Source: Bugula neritina
Taxonomy: Eukaryota; Animalia; Bryozoa
Length of the DNA: 64,000 nucleotides
Direction: 5' to 3'
NCBI GenBank assembly: GCA_964035545.1
Contig: OZ037766.1
Location: forward strand, 14,374,722-14,438,721
The position numbers and the translations under genes were made by a program. Shown here in pieces: positions 1 through 11,900 of this stretch. The notes under the pieces were generated by a model, which saw only the letters and a program-made list of their open reading frames with translations, did no database searches and had not been told where the DNA came from. The first letter of the stretch is position 1. Each line of letters begins with the position of its first letter.

Positions 1-40
1 CAACATCGAGAGGAGGGATGGAGGTCCCCCACGATGCGAG

Positions 41-1507
41 TTGGAGACGCTGGCTCATCACGGAGCACCGTTTGACTGGGATCAAGGTCAACTCAGGCAA
101 AGAGTTGATGAGTCCCCGGAGGATGTACAAAACCTCCGCGCCAACCCTGTACTGGCCGGTAATGTTCGAGAGCTGAAGAAGCTCCAAGAAGAGCTGCCTG
201 GAGTCGTGGCAGACATATACCGGGCCAAAAGGGAAGGGCGACGACCCAGCGAGGAACGCACACGACAGGAATGCGCCGAGTTCCGGCTATACTGTCAGCG
301 TTGGGACTCGCTGCGGATCGGGCAGGATGGGTTGCTAACCATCTCTCTAGCTGCCAGCGGTAGACACCCGGAAAGGAAGAGGGTAGTCTGCCCAACAGCC
401 ATCCGCCGTGAGTTGATTTGGGATACTCACAAGCAGGCCCACGCAGGGGTCAAGCGAGTGATATCCAAATTACGACTCCGATGGTATTGGCCACAGATGG
501 AGCGTGACGTCCGGCTCAGAGTCAAACAGTGTGAGATCTGCCAGGCCAGTAAGCATAGCCGCCCCCCTGGTGAAGCAGGACGGCGGAGGCTATATGCTGG
601 TAGGCCCTGGCAAGTAGTCGCTGTAGACCTGGTCGGACCCATGCCCCTGACCCCCAGAGGCAATAATTGGATCCTAGTACTAACCGACCACTTTACTAGG
701 TGGGCGGATGCTCTGGCTATCCCAGATGCATCAGCCCCAACAGTGGCCAGGGCACTAGACCAACATGTATTCTGTTATTTTGGGCTTCCCGAACAGATAC
801 ACTCTGATCAAGGCGCTCAATTCCAGTCTCAACTGATGAGCGACCTTTGCCACCTCTGGGGAGTAAATCAGAGCAGGACCACCCCCTACCACCCTCAAGG
901 TAACGGGGTGGTGGAGCGCAACAACCGGATGCTAGGTGATGCGCTCCGGAGTCTCCTCCTTGGACGAGGTCAAGAGGAATGGGATACGGTGTTGCCGCAA
1001 GTCATGCGTGCATATCGTAGCACCCCACACACCAGTACTGGTGAGACCCCAAACCTCTTGATGCTCGGGAGAGAGACTCGTGTCCCTGACCATCTCACCT
1101 ATCACGTTCCAGAGCAAGATAACTCGGTTCACGAGTATGCCAGTGAACTAGTGGAACGGATGAAGGCCGCACACGATATACTGCGTCAACAGCAGTGGAA
1201 GGTGCGGCACGAAGATTCCGATGAACCCTCTCTCTATCAAAGGGGAGATAAGGTGTGGATGGTCAATTACCGTAGGCGCCGCGGACAGGCTGATAAGCTG
1301 AAGCCTAAGTTCGTAGGCCCCTACGTGGTCGTCGAGGCTATGCCCAATCATACGTACAAGATCGAGCGCTCAGGACAGGTATCTATCCAGAATGAGTCTC
1401 GCTTGAAACCGTATTGGGCTAGCCCCGGCGGAGTGGGAGAAGCCCCCCCCGTTGTTAGAGCCCAGGAGGCAGACAACAACGCGCGGGCGACGGCGGCATG
1501 GACCTGA
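41..1507 (+). CDS. Gypsy pol, integrase domain (5'-partial; C-terminal tail continues through 1452-1814 and 1795-2043 via two frameshifts)
   Basis: HHCC zinc finger (H-KQA-H...C-EI-C), DDE core (VDLVGP, SDQG, VERNN), GPY/F motif (PKFVGPY). The typical terminal motif RTRQPPAYLKDFV appears in the third frame near 1770-1812. Confidence 0.95.
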   Translation: METLAHHGAPFDWDQGQLRQRVDESPEDVQNLRANPVLAGNVRELKKLQEELPGVVADIYRAKREGRRPSEERTRQECAEFRLYCQRWDSLRIGQDGLLTISLAASGRHPERKRVVCPTAIRRELIWDTHKQAHAGVKRVISKLRLRWYWPQMERDVRLRVKQCEICQASKHSRPPGEAGRRRLYAGRPWQVVAVDLVGPMPLTPRGNNWILVLTDHFTRWADALAIPDASAPTVARALDQHVFCYFGLPEQIHSDQGAQFQSQLMSDLCHLWGVNQSRTTPYHPQGNGVVERNNRMLGDALRSLLLGRGQEEWDTVLPQVMRAYRSTPHTSTGETPNLLMLGRETRVPDHLTYHVPEQDNSVHEYASELVERMKAAHDILRQQQWKVRHEDSDEPSLYQRGDKVWMVNYRRRRGQADKLKPKFVGPYVVVEAMPNHTYKIERSGQVSIQNESRLKPYWASPGGVGEAPPVVRAQEADNNARATAAWT

Positions 1508-2067
1508 ATACGAAGTGGTCATACCGCGGGAAGAAAACTTGGTGAGAGAGGAGCGGCAGCTTCTACCAACAGAAGCGTGTCCGCCACCGCCAAGTCTAAT
1601 TCCATCACTTCCTGAAACCGAGCCGGTTCCGGAAGTGCAAACCCCCACGGAGGGAGGGGCTCCATCCGGAGAACAAGAAGAGGTGACCGCTGACGGTGAA
1701 GTAGAGACGCCATTAGAGGCCCCTACTAACGAACCGGCAAGCGTGTCACCCCCCCCTAGGAAGGGGACAGCGTACGAGGCAACCCCCCGCATACTTGAAG
1801 GACTTCGTATGTGACTGCGTTAAAAGCGGCACGCATGAAAGTCTAGGGGAAAGCCGTACGAGAAAAGAATCGAGCAAATGTGGGAGTTGTCAACACCACG
1901 GAAATATCAACTTTTACATCGGCGGAAATAGAAATAAAATTCATCCGCCGGGTGCACAAAGTCTTAATCACGCACCCCAACCACGTTGCTCGATCTTTTC
2001 ATACGCTGATGCAGTCAGGAGTAGACGTGTTTCTAAGCAGTAGTTCAAACCATTTCACATATTCAGT

Positions 2068-2880
2068 ATGTCTTACGACAACAGATCGTGGGATTACACT
2101 CGACCCGCTACAACCAGGGTACGGGATAGAACACTTCCCGCTCCGTATCCGGAGGACCATGCTAGTGGTGACCGGCCTGAGCCACTACGCCGCCGTTGGC
2201 GGTGGGTGTCTCCACAAACCGAAGAAGAAATAGAAACAGCCTGGGGGTCCAGAGGACGGACGAGATGCCAGATCTGTGGTGAAGATTGCGCCTCTCACCG
2301 CTCCCTTAAACTACATGTCAATGCCCATCTCCTACTGACCTTCTGCCCCTGCGGGTACAATGATGTGTATCCCTACCCCGTCACCAGACACAGAGCGGCG
2401 GGCTGTTTCCCTGGAGAAAACTATGTGGTCGACGCTAAGCTGTACCCGGAGTTCCTCACATGTATACGACCTCTGGTAAAGAAGGCCATGCTATTAGCCG
2501 TTCTATCCTCGGGGTTCCAACGTGTGTTAGACAACGCCCGCCAACAATCCCCGTTGGTGTCTGACCGCCCTCCAATTACATACACCCCCGAGGAAACTAC
2601 ATATCCAGAAGAAGGAGAGATCTCCCCTACCCCGGCGAAGAGACGGATCAGGTCCCCCAGTCCACCCTTACGCCGCAGACGGACACCGTCCCCAGACCCA
2701 GTACGACTAGCCACAGTAGAAGAACGCCTCCTACGATTACAAGAAGAGTTCACCCAGCTGGCACCAGATCTACTTAACACTACCACAGGACTCTTCCAGC
2801 TAAAGGGATCCGTATGCCGTATGAAACGGAAACTGCGTACATGCCAAGCCAAGCACCGGCGTGCCCAACAAGGACTTTAG
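2068..2880 (+). CDS. Accessory ORF of the Gypsy element (270 aa; C2H2-like fingers, Arg/Ser-Pro region, C-terminal coiled coil)
   Basis: ATG-initiated intact ORF between the end of pol and the PPT; CQIC-x12-HVNAH and CPCG...H motifs; RRIRSPSPPLRRRRTPSP; leucine-rich helical C-terminus. Confidence 0.7.
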   Translation: MSYDNRSWDYTRPATTRVRDRTLPAPYPEDHASGDRPEPLRRRWRWVSPQTEEEIETAWGSRGRTRCQICGEDCASHRSLKLHVNAHLLLTFCPCGYNDVYPYPVTRHRAAGCFPGENYVVDAKLYPEFLTCIRPLVKKAMLLAVLSSGFQRVLDNARQQSPLVSDRPPITYTPEETTYPEEGEISPTPAKRRIRSPSPPLRRRRTPSPDPVRLATVEERLLRLQEEFTQLAPDLLNTTTGLFQLKGSVCRMKRKLRTCQAKHRRAQQGL

Positions 2881-3167
2881 TTAGACTACCCTGAGTACTC
2901 CAACTCCGCCTCTTGGGAGAAGCCAAGATCGTGCAAATGCTTAACTGCTAGACAGGTTATTCCTTGTCTAATACCACAGCTAGCTAGTATTCCTCGTCTA
3001 TCTACAGCTGGCCAATTGTATGCAACGGATCGTTAAATGACTCTGCCTAATATTGTGTCTCTTCCTGTATATTATGTATTATTTTGTCCACTGATGTACG
3101 CAATTACTATTGAATGTTTTTTTTATATATATATATCAGAAAGATGGCTTTCTGCTGGTGGGGGCGG

Positions 3168-3483
3168 TGTGGTGGTTCGTGGAACTACCAGCAGCACGAC
3201 ATGTAGGGTCGCGTAATTGACCCGGAACAATGGATAGCCAATTAGCGTAGTTGATAGTTAGCAGCAATTGTAGTTTCCCGCTGTTAACTCAGTCGAAGCT
3301 AGAGTGTGAAATAGATTAGATGTGTAACTTGTTTGAAATAATGTATCGTGTTTTTATAATGTATAGTTGTGTATAAAATATACTCGTTCACTCGACTTAG
3401 CCTGGTGCAGTTCTATAATAGATAAATAGACTCTCTGGATAGCACATCAACCCTAAATCTGAAAAATATAACAGTACTTTACA
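3168..3483 (+). repeat. Putative 3' LTR (about 316 bp, TG...CA)
   Basis: Begins with TG immediately after the PPT. The right end is inferred from ...TTTACA and the composition change; the partner LTR is not in the window. Confidence 0.6.
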
Positions 3484-5281
3484 GGGAATTTACTTATTAC
3501 TATTACTATAACTATAAGTATAAATATAACTATTATTATTAGTATTAGTGTTAGTATTACTATTACCATTAGTATTACTATTACTATTAGTATTAGACTT
3601 AGTGTTAATTCTTAATATTACTATTATTATTACTATTACTAATACTATTAGTATTAGTATAACTATAACATTAACAACTATTACTGAGTATTAGTATAAC
3701 TATAAGTATAATTATAAGTATAAGTATAACTATTATTGATTATTTATAATGATAATGATTAATTCATAGTCATACTCATAATGATAATGATAATCATAAT
3801 CATAGTGATAATCATAATCATAATGATAATGATGATGATTATATTTATAATAATCATAATGATAACGGCAACTTACCCAACTATATTAATATCTATTGCT
3901 ATGATTTAATATATAAACTATAGCAAACACTTGAACTTTTTTAACCTTCGGTGTGATCATGTCAATATAAGTGTTGCTAAATCACAATACAGAGCTTAAA
4001 TTTTACTTTTAGTTTTGCAAATAAATTGTTATTGTTATTGTTATTGTATCAGCACTGCTGCAACATTACTTCGATATCCATGAACTTGAATCGCTGCAGC
4101 ATGTATGAGCGATGAACTTAGACCAATTATCTGAAGAAAGTCTACGATGGTTTTGACAGATGGCTTATTATTGGCGAGAGCCTTATTTACACGAAACATC
4201 TAGTCAAACTTTTCTGCTATCCGAACCAATGATGTCATCAGAGGATAGAGAAAAAAGCTATAACTGTTGTAAATTAATCTGAAAGAGCTCATTAAATATG
4301 ATTTTAATCTTGTGGTTAATGCAGAGCCAGGAAGCTATTTTGATTTTCTAGGTTTTAGCTCATTATTTTTTTTTGACTTTTTGTGATAAATTTTATTCAA
4401 AGGTAAGTTGGGTGTATAACTATAATACAATTTAAATTACCAAGTTTAGGTTTAATAGCTAAATTATAATTGATATTATCAATATTATTATAATTATAAT
4501 TATAGTTATGCACGTACGCCTACCGTACACTTTGACTTGCAGTTACACTTACAGTAAAACTAAATGGTAATTAAATTAGCAATATTAATATTATTAATAT
4601 TATTATTATTAGCAATACTTATAGTTATAGTTATATTATTACTAACAGTAACACTAACAGTAATACTTATACTGATAGTAATACTAATACTAATAGAGTA
4701 ATAGTTATAGTAACAATTTAACTTATAGTTATACTTATACTAATACTTATAGTTATACTATTAGTATTATTATTACTTATAGTTATAGTTATACTAATAC
4801 TTTATTATGTACCTAGTGCTATAATTTAAGTTATAATTTTTTTTAACTTGGTACTTGTAGTTATACCAATACTAATACTAATAGTAATGATAATACCAAT
4901 AGTACTAATAGTAATAGTTATAGTAATAGTCAATAATTTTGAGTTACTGTTAGTCACAATGATAATGAAAATGATAATCATACTAATGATGATACTCATT
5001 CCATAGTCATACACTTTCACTGATGCTGATAGTGATAGTCATAACTCATACTCATACTCTCATAGCATATCATTATCATGGTAATACTAATAGTAATCAG
5101 TTATGTGTACTAATAGTAGTGCTACTACTAATAATGTGGTAAATACTAAAGTTACCCCCCCCCTTGTTACACACCACCATAAGAACGCAAATCTAACAGT
5201 AACTATTATAACTAAACATTGTCCCTTTTTCCATTTTTAATTATATACCTGGTTGAGACTTATTTTTGTTTACTCATTTAA

Positions 5282-5430
5282 ACCGACAGTTGGACCGAGT
5301 TCGGCTCGTGGATGCCGACAGACCGAATGTCGGTCGCCGACATGACCAGTATCGGTTACCGACAGGACGAATGTCGGTATACCCGGCCGAACTGCGACCC
5401 GCTGTCGGTCGAAGGTTCTGAAAGCCCTTA
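5282..5430. mobile_element. Probable DNA transposon end remnant with CCGAC subterminal repeats
   Basis: GC-rich islet with repeated CCGAC(A)/TGTCGG motifs in both orientations, ending in TTCTGAAAGCCCT (reverse complement AGGGCTTTCAGAA, hAT-like terminus). No partner TIR or TSD found. Confidence 0.4.
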
Positions 5431-5972
5431 GTTCTGCTAATATAAAAGGAAGCCCATTTTCAAGCTTCAGTCACTTGAAGACTGGAGCTTGGACTGGACG
5501 CATCAAGACAACAATAAAGGATACTGTACACACACGATTTCAACACCCTTTCTTGTCTCTTCTATATAAAAGGAGTTATGTTCTTTGCCTGATTTCATTC
5601 AATAACCCACAAACTACTACAATAATCATTCACTTATATTGCAAGCTATTAGTATTTCAAAAGTGTTGGAACCTTGATTGTAAAAGATTTATAATTATGC
5701 TTAAAATTAATATGAGTTACCATAATACCATTTGTTTCTATCTCAGTCAAATTAGTGATCAAGACTAAAGCTAAGGTAGTGAATGTTTGAAAAATTCAAT
5801 GATAGTAATATAGCATTATAATTTTCAAGTTAATAAAATTTAGATTGTGTTTACCTCACTAATAATATTTAGGATCATAAACTAAGTTCACATCAAAGAA
5901 TAAGTATAAAAATATTTTTGTATTGTAATTTAAAGTTAAAGACTAACAATATGAATTAAGATAAAGACTATC

Positions 5973-8900
5973 ATGAGTGTTAAGATGGCCAAGCAAGGAA
6001 AATCAACTTCAAGGTTTTACTTAGATTTTCCTCAGCAAAAAGCTGAGGAAGAAAGTGAAACTGAAACTGATGAATCATTCTCATTAGAAAGCATGGCAAG
6101 TATAAGATTTATATTTTTATCTATATTAAAACACTTTTATGCATTCATATATGTGTGTTTTATTACAATTTTTATGATTTCTCACTTGAATACAAATCTT
6201 GTCAGGTGTCCTATATTGCTTTGTAGCCACATAAAAACTTGTTACTTTTTTATATAAATTTCAAACATTTAACTTTATTTTTGTACTTGAAACTTGTGAC
6301 ATGGCTACTTGCACAGTTCAGGTGCACACTTGTATATTTATGTTTGTAAGTTTATGTTTTATGTTGTAGAATCATGCAAATGAAGCACCTTTGAATGTAG
6401 TTTTACTTGAAGGCGAGCGTACAGTGTATAAAGCTGAAAAAATAATCAAACTACATAATGATACATCTAAAGCTGGAATAACTGGCAATTTATATTGTAC
6501 AAACTTCAGGCTTTCATTTGTTACACATTCAATAGAAGAAGACAGTGATGTATGTTTTAAAAGAATTCTCAGTTTGTTGTTTCTTATGTTGGCAAATTTC
6601 TAAGAATAAGAATTGTATTTTTCAAGCTAACATGAAGTTTTTATAATAATTTGGATATACAGTATGCTGTGTTTTCCCATGTTAACAAATTATATGAGCT
6701 TGCACTTTTTTATTAAAAACATTGAACATGCTGAAATATAGAAAACAACATATAGCATATATAAACGTAAACTTAATTCAATTTTTTGTTTACTTTTACA
6801 TCCAGGAATGCAGCAGCTGCAGACATAAGTTTATTGGGTCAGATGATGTTGTTTTCAGCAACATATCTGCAATCTATCAGGTCTCCAATGATAAAACAAT
6901 TAAAAAGTTGGCTCCCAATAAGAAGTTTGCTAATGCTAAAGGAATACACATTCACACCAAGGTATAGACTTTTAAACTGCAGAACTCTGTAAGTTTTGTT
7001 TAACTTATGATGCCATTCTCAACCTCAATGTCATCTCTACTCAATAAAAGGACTACGAAGTGTTCAGATTGACTACACAGAGACAGTTATGACCTGGTGC
7101 TCTTCCTGACATCACCAATCACCCTATCCAGATATATATACTAATATATAATCACCTGCCACATGCTGAACAGTTATTTTTACTATTTCGTTATGATTTA
7201 TTTGTAGGATGTAGGAATTCGATACTTTAGTTTTGAACTTATAGAAAAGAAGGTGACAAGTCATGTGAGTAACTTCAAAGTTTTATACCTTGATTGAACT
7301 CCATTTGTTGAGCTTTAAAGCTTTGTAATCAATATTTCATGATCTTTGGGAGTTCCAATAATTGTCTACTGTTATAGTTGATGAATGCAATTCAGAAGTT
7401 TGCGTTTCAACAGCGCCATGATCTCTTGTTTGCTCACGTTTTTTCACCATCTGCTGGACCAGCGGTGAATGGTGATAACGAATGTGAAGTAATGGTTGAT
7501 GAGTGGCGGCCGCCTACTTACTCTACAAAGTACGATTGGGACAAGGAGCTACTCAGATGTAAAATCCAGAGCAAGTGGCGAGTTACATCTGTCAACAGTG
7601 GCTTTACTATCTCACCTTTGTAAGCTTCTTATAATTTCCTGTTTGCATTGTTATTCAATGTCTCAGATTAACTTGGCATTTTGTCACCTTGCTTTACTTT
7701 TTTTGTATAGTATAATTTACTGTGTGACTGCAGTATATGCATTTAAAAGTTGGTATTTTCTTATAACCAACTATGCTGTGCAAGCAACTTTTTTCTTATT
7801 TTAGATTATAAAACCTGCTAATTATGTAGTTTTCTCCACAGAAAAAACCATTGTTTGTGTTTTAGTTTTACTGTATCAAGAGAAAAACACAAACTGTAAA
7901 TCTTATAGAAAATAATGTTGCATCTAATGTTTTTACTTTCTAAGCCAATTTGCTATTTGTTTAAGGCTGCCTGAATATTTTATTGTCCCATGCACATTGG
8001 ATGATAAGATGCTGAAACACACGGCTCGGCACGCTAGCAAACTTCCGGTAAGTTCTCTATTTAGTTAGTAGTTCGCTTGTGTTTCATTTTTCCATCTTTA
8101 TGAGATTAGATTCATAATATAATTCTCCCTGTGCTGTGTACCTTTTTGTTAAACTATTGTTATAAACAATTTCAAACAAATATTTTAGAGCTTGATTATG
8201 CTTTATGGAAACATTTTATGTTTTTACGTATTAAGCCAGAAATTTCTTTCTGAGTAACTACATGAAATGCCGTAATTCCAGTGAAAATGTGAGACAATTT
8301 TAAAAAACAGTGAAGAAACCGTATGCTTTATCAAGTTAAAGTTTTTTATAACGGATAAATATGGTAGCTGCTGTAGTATAGAGCTGTAACCTGTATCTTT
8401 CTTATGCCTTAGGTTATGTAATTTGTAATTATGTCAATCACATGTGTCAGCTTTTACCATTTTCTCTCTTTATATAATTACTTACATGCATTCTTGCTAA
8501 GAAATCATATAACTTCCATCACGTGAAATTTATGTATATTTCACAATTTCACTAATACTTATTTGTAAATTGACTTCCTTTTATATTGATCAGGTATTTA
8601 CAGATTTGTTTTCCCAAAGTGTTATGTCTTTATCAAATATTGTTGGTTCCCCCCCCCCCCCAAGATAATTCAGTCGCGCTATATTATAAATTGTATATTT
8701 TTCACAAGTTCAAATTATATGCAATTGCTTTTATAAAGTTTACTTTTGTAATTCAACATCCAGCAATTCTTCATGCATCAAATAATGAGTTAGCCAAGTA
8801 TACACATGCAAGTATACTTGTCTGTGTATATTTGTTATTGCAAATTGTTTTTTTTGCAAAAAATGTGTTCTCTTAGGAGAATAAAACATAGGGACCTTAT

Positions 8901-11900
8901 GTTATAGTTCACTTTATAATGTCGCCTGCGTTTTAGCTCTGGTGTTATACTCATGATAATGGCTGTTTTCTTGTCTCTCTGCTATCTTCAACACCTGAGT
9001 CTGTACATACAGGAAAAGAGTAAGTCCTTCTCTTCAACCAAATTATCTGCTCATTATATAAATGTTCGTTGGAATATTTGTAACTAATAATATTCTGCTG
9101 TAGACAAGGTCTAGAAATTTTATTATTAATAAATATGAATAGCATAATTAGCCACATAGTCAGCTCATACTGCTGCAAACTTTAGTTTAAACATCTTCTA
9201 TTTAACAATATTGTATCCTATCATATTCTTGATGGCTAAACATGGTTTATTCTTAGTTTAAACATCTAAGATCTTAGTTTATACTTATAACAATGATTGT
9301 GCATATGTATATTTTGTTTGCATTAGATGTTTTGATTAGTCAAAACCATTTAGCAATTGTTGCCCTAGCTCATTAGGTAACCAACTTGCCGTTGGTGAGT
9401 GAATAAACACCTGACTTTCCTCTGCAGGCTGTTACAGTCTCTTACTCAAACTCAACCTTCGAGCAAAGAAGGTACCAGACCAGAGATGTTAGAATTGGAT
9501 TTGAAGAAACGAATTCCTTCAATGCATGATCTGAAAGCATCTTTCAATAAGATGTTTTCTATATGCTGCCCAGGTGAGAAATATTTTACGTTTCAAAACT
9601 GTTGACTGATTTTGTGAAATTTTATTATATGGAGAAGAAAGAACGTTATAAAGCTACAATATTATACATTCAAAGTAATTAAACATTTAGCCTAGAAGCC
9701 TGTATTGAAAAGATTTTTAACTAGTCATTGAGGTTTCTACCTTACATTTTTGCTACAAGTTAGGGGGTCAAAAGCATCAGCCCTCGGCAACAGTTTTTTT
9801 ATGTTTAGCACGAAACTAAAAATGGTAATTAGATAAAGTTTTAATAGCAGCCAAGGCAGGTGTTTTTAGCAGTTTTTATTTTTTCAAGTTTAAAAGCCGT
9901 TAGCAAAATATTATATTAGCATTAATTTTCTGCAGTTTAATTGTTTTGTATAGTTTTGTGAACTTTTATTTCATTAAACACAGGCATTACTCAAGTTTAT
10001 TAAAACCTGTACGTTCATATCTGCACCATTGTATCTCTATTTTTGAATGGGTGGCAAATTTATTACAAACCTCTTAAAAATTGGTTAGAATCTTTTCTAT
10101 GCGAAAATTTATACCAAGGAAAGTTTGCACATTTATGTGACTGTTATTCTTATATCAATGTTTCTCTTAGGACTCTAGCTTTACTGCAGTATAAGTATTT
10201 CGAGATTGTTTTTTTCAAGTCATATATCAGAAGGGTTGTGATACTTGATTTGAAGAGCCCGTCTCTGCAGAGCCAGAGGTTACAAGTTACAAGCTTATTA
10301 GGCACAGAGTTACCATAAAGCTAGATTTATGCAGCGAATAGTTGATAATTCAGACAAATACCACTTTTAACTCGTAGAAAAGGGGTTTTATGGCTAACTG
10401 ATGGGTTTTGTTGCTATAGGTTGGCGGCCATTCCAGTATACAATTACTTGAACATACTACTAATTTAATTTTCTTATCTTTTTGTTATTGTTGAAACAAT
10501 AAAAATTGGCTTTAGTTTATGCAAAAATGGGATAAATTTGTTTAGATTAATCTCAATTGTTAGAAATTTAATCACTTTTGAAGGAATTTACAATTGATTT
10601 TACATTTTAAAAATGCCAGTCAATTCTCATTTGCAGCTTTTAGTTGCAACAACTTATATACAAGTATTTAAACATTTTAGAAACGGTCTCTGAATTCCAC
10701 TCAAACGACAACTCTATATACAGCCAGATGGACTCTAGTCAGTGGTTGAGATATGTAGCTGAGTGCATAAAGTTATCTGATGAAATTGCAATGGTCATAG
10801 ACAGGGACTCCCGCTCAGTAGCCATTAGAGGTAGGATTTCCCTTTAAAGTAGTATGATTACATAGTATTGAAATCTGCAAAAATTTCTTGGCTGCAATTT
10901 AAATACAGCTTTAGAGTTGTATACTCAACTCAATTGAATTTTATTTTACATTTGTTCTCTTATGCGTTCAATTGATTCACATGACCTTGGGCAAATTGAT
11001 TGTGACGGTGGTGATAATTAGTAAAAACTGTTCTCAATAAGCTATATCATATTATACTATATATAATGTATTCTATTATATTTATGTTTTACTCCATATA
11101 AAGTATGTGTTCAATTGCAGAGGAAGGACATGCAGACTTCACATGCATAATATCTAGTTTAGTACAGATGCTGCTGGATGAGTCTTGTCGTACAATAAAA
11201 GGCTTTCAGAACATTGTGCAGCGATGCTGGGTGGCAGCTGGCCATCCATTTTGTGAAAGGCTTGGTATCATATATACCTCAAACAAAAATGTGAGTTAAT
11301 ACCACATCTATATATTTCAAGTAGAAATATATTTGTATTTATAACTTGTGGTTCATAACTTTTATTTGCACGAAATAGTTGCACCAAGAATGTATGGTTT
11401 TAGTTATGGCAGTTGTTGATTTATAATTACTTTTACTAAAAGTATTGTAATAATATTTACTTTTGATGTTTTTAGATGTGCTTCAATCTCACATGCTTCA
11501 ACACTCAGTCTGTTATTATGTAACTGTATTTCATTTTTTAACTCAATGTTATTTATATTTTTTAGATAATATACAGATTTTATACATGCAATATGGTTAC
11601 TCTATAAGTTTAGATATTCTCCACACAATCACAATAACAAAACGTACTGTCTACAATACTATAATAAATATGTTGTGTCCATGTATACAATTTAGGTCAC
11701 CCCTGTGTTCCTACTCTTCCTTGATTGTGTCTATCAACTCACAGTGCAGTTTCCTAGCATGTTTGAATTCTCCGAGATCTACCTCATCAGTTTATGGGAC
11801 AGCTGTGTTACTGGACTGTTCAATGAGTTCTTATTCAACTGCCAATCTGAGAGATTTGCCCCACCTCGTTCACCACCTAGGTAGTCCTCTGCATGAATTT

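Larger units (their letters stand above)
1..3483 (+). mobile_element. Ty3/Gypsy LTR retrotransposon, 3' portion (integrase, extra ORF, PPT, 3' LTR); 5' part lies outside the window
   Basis: GC-rich block contrasting with AT-rich host DNA; integrase ORF; purine-rich tract GGTGGGGGCGG (3157-3167) directly followed by TGTGG at 3168; composition drops to AT-rich repeats after ...TTTACA at 3483. Confidence 0.88.

Noticed and set aside
93-2852. Antisense ORFs in the Gypsy element
   Set aside because: Expected in GC-rich coding DNA; no domain signal.
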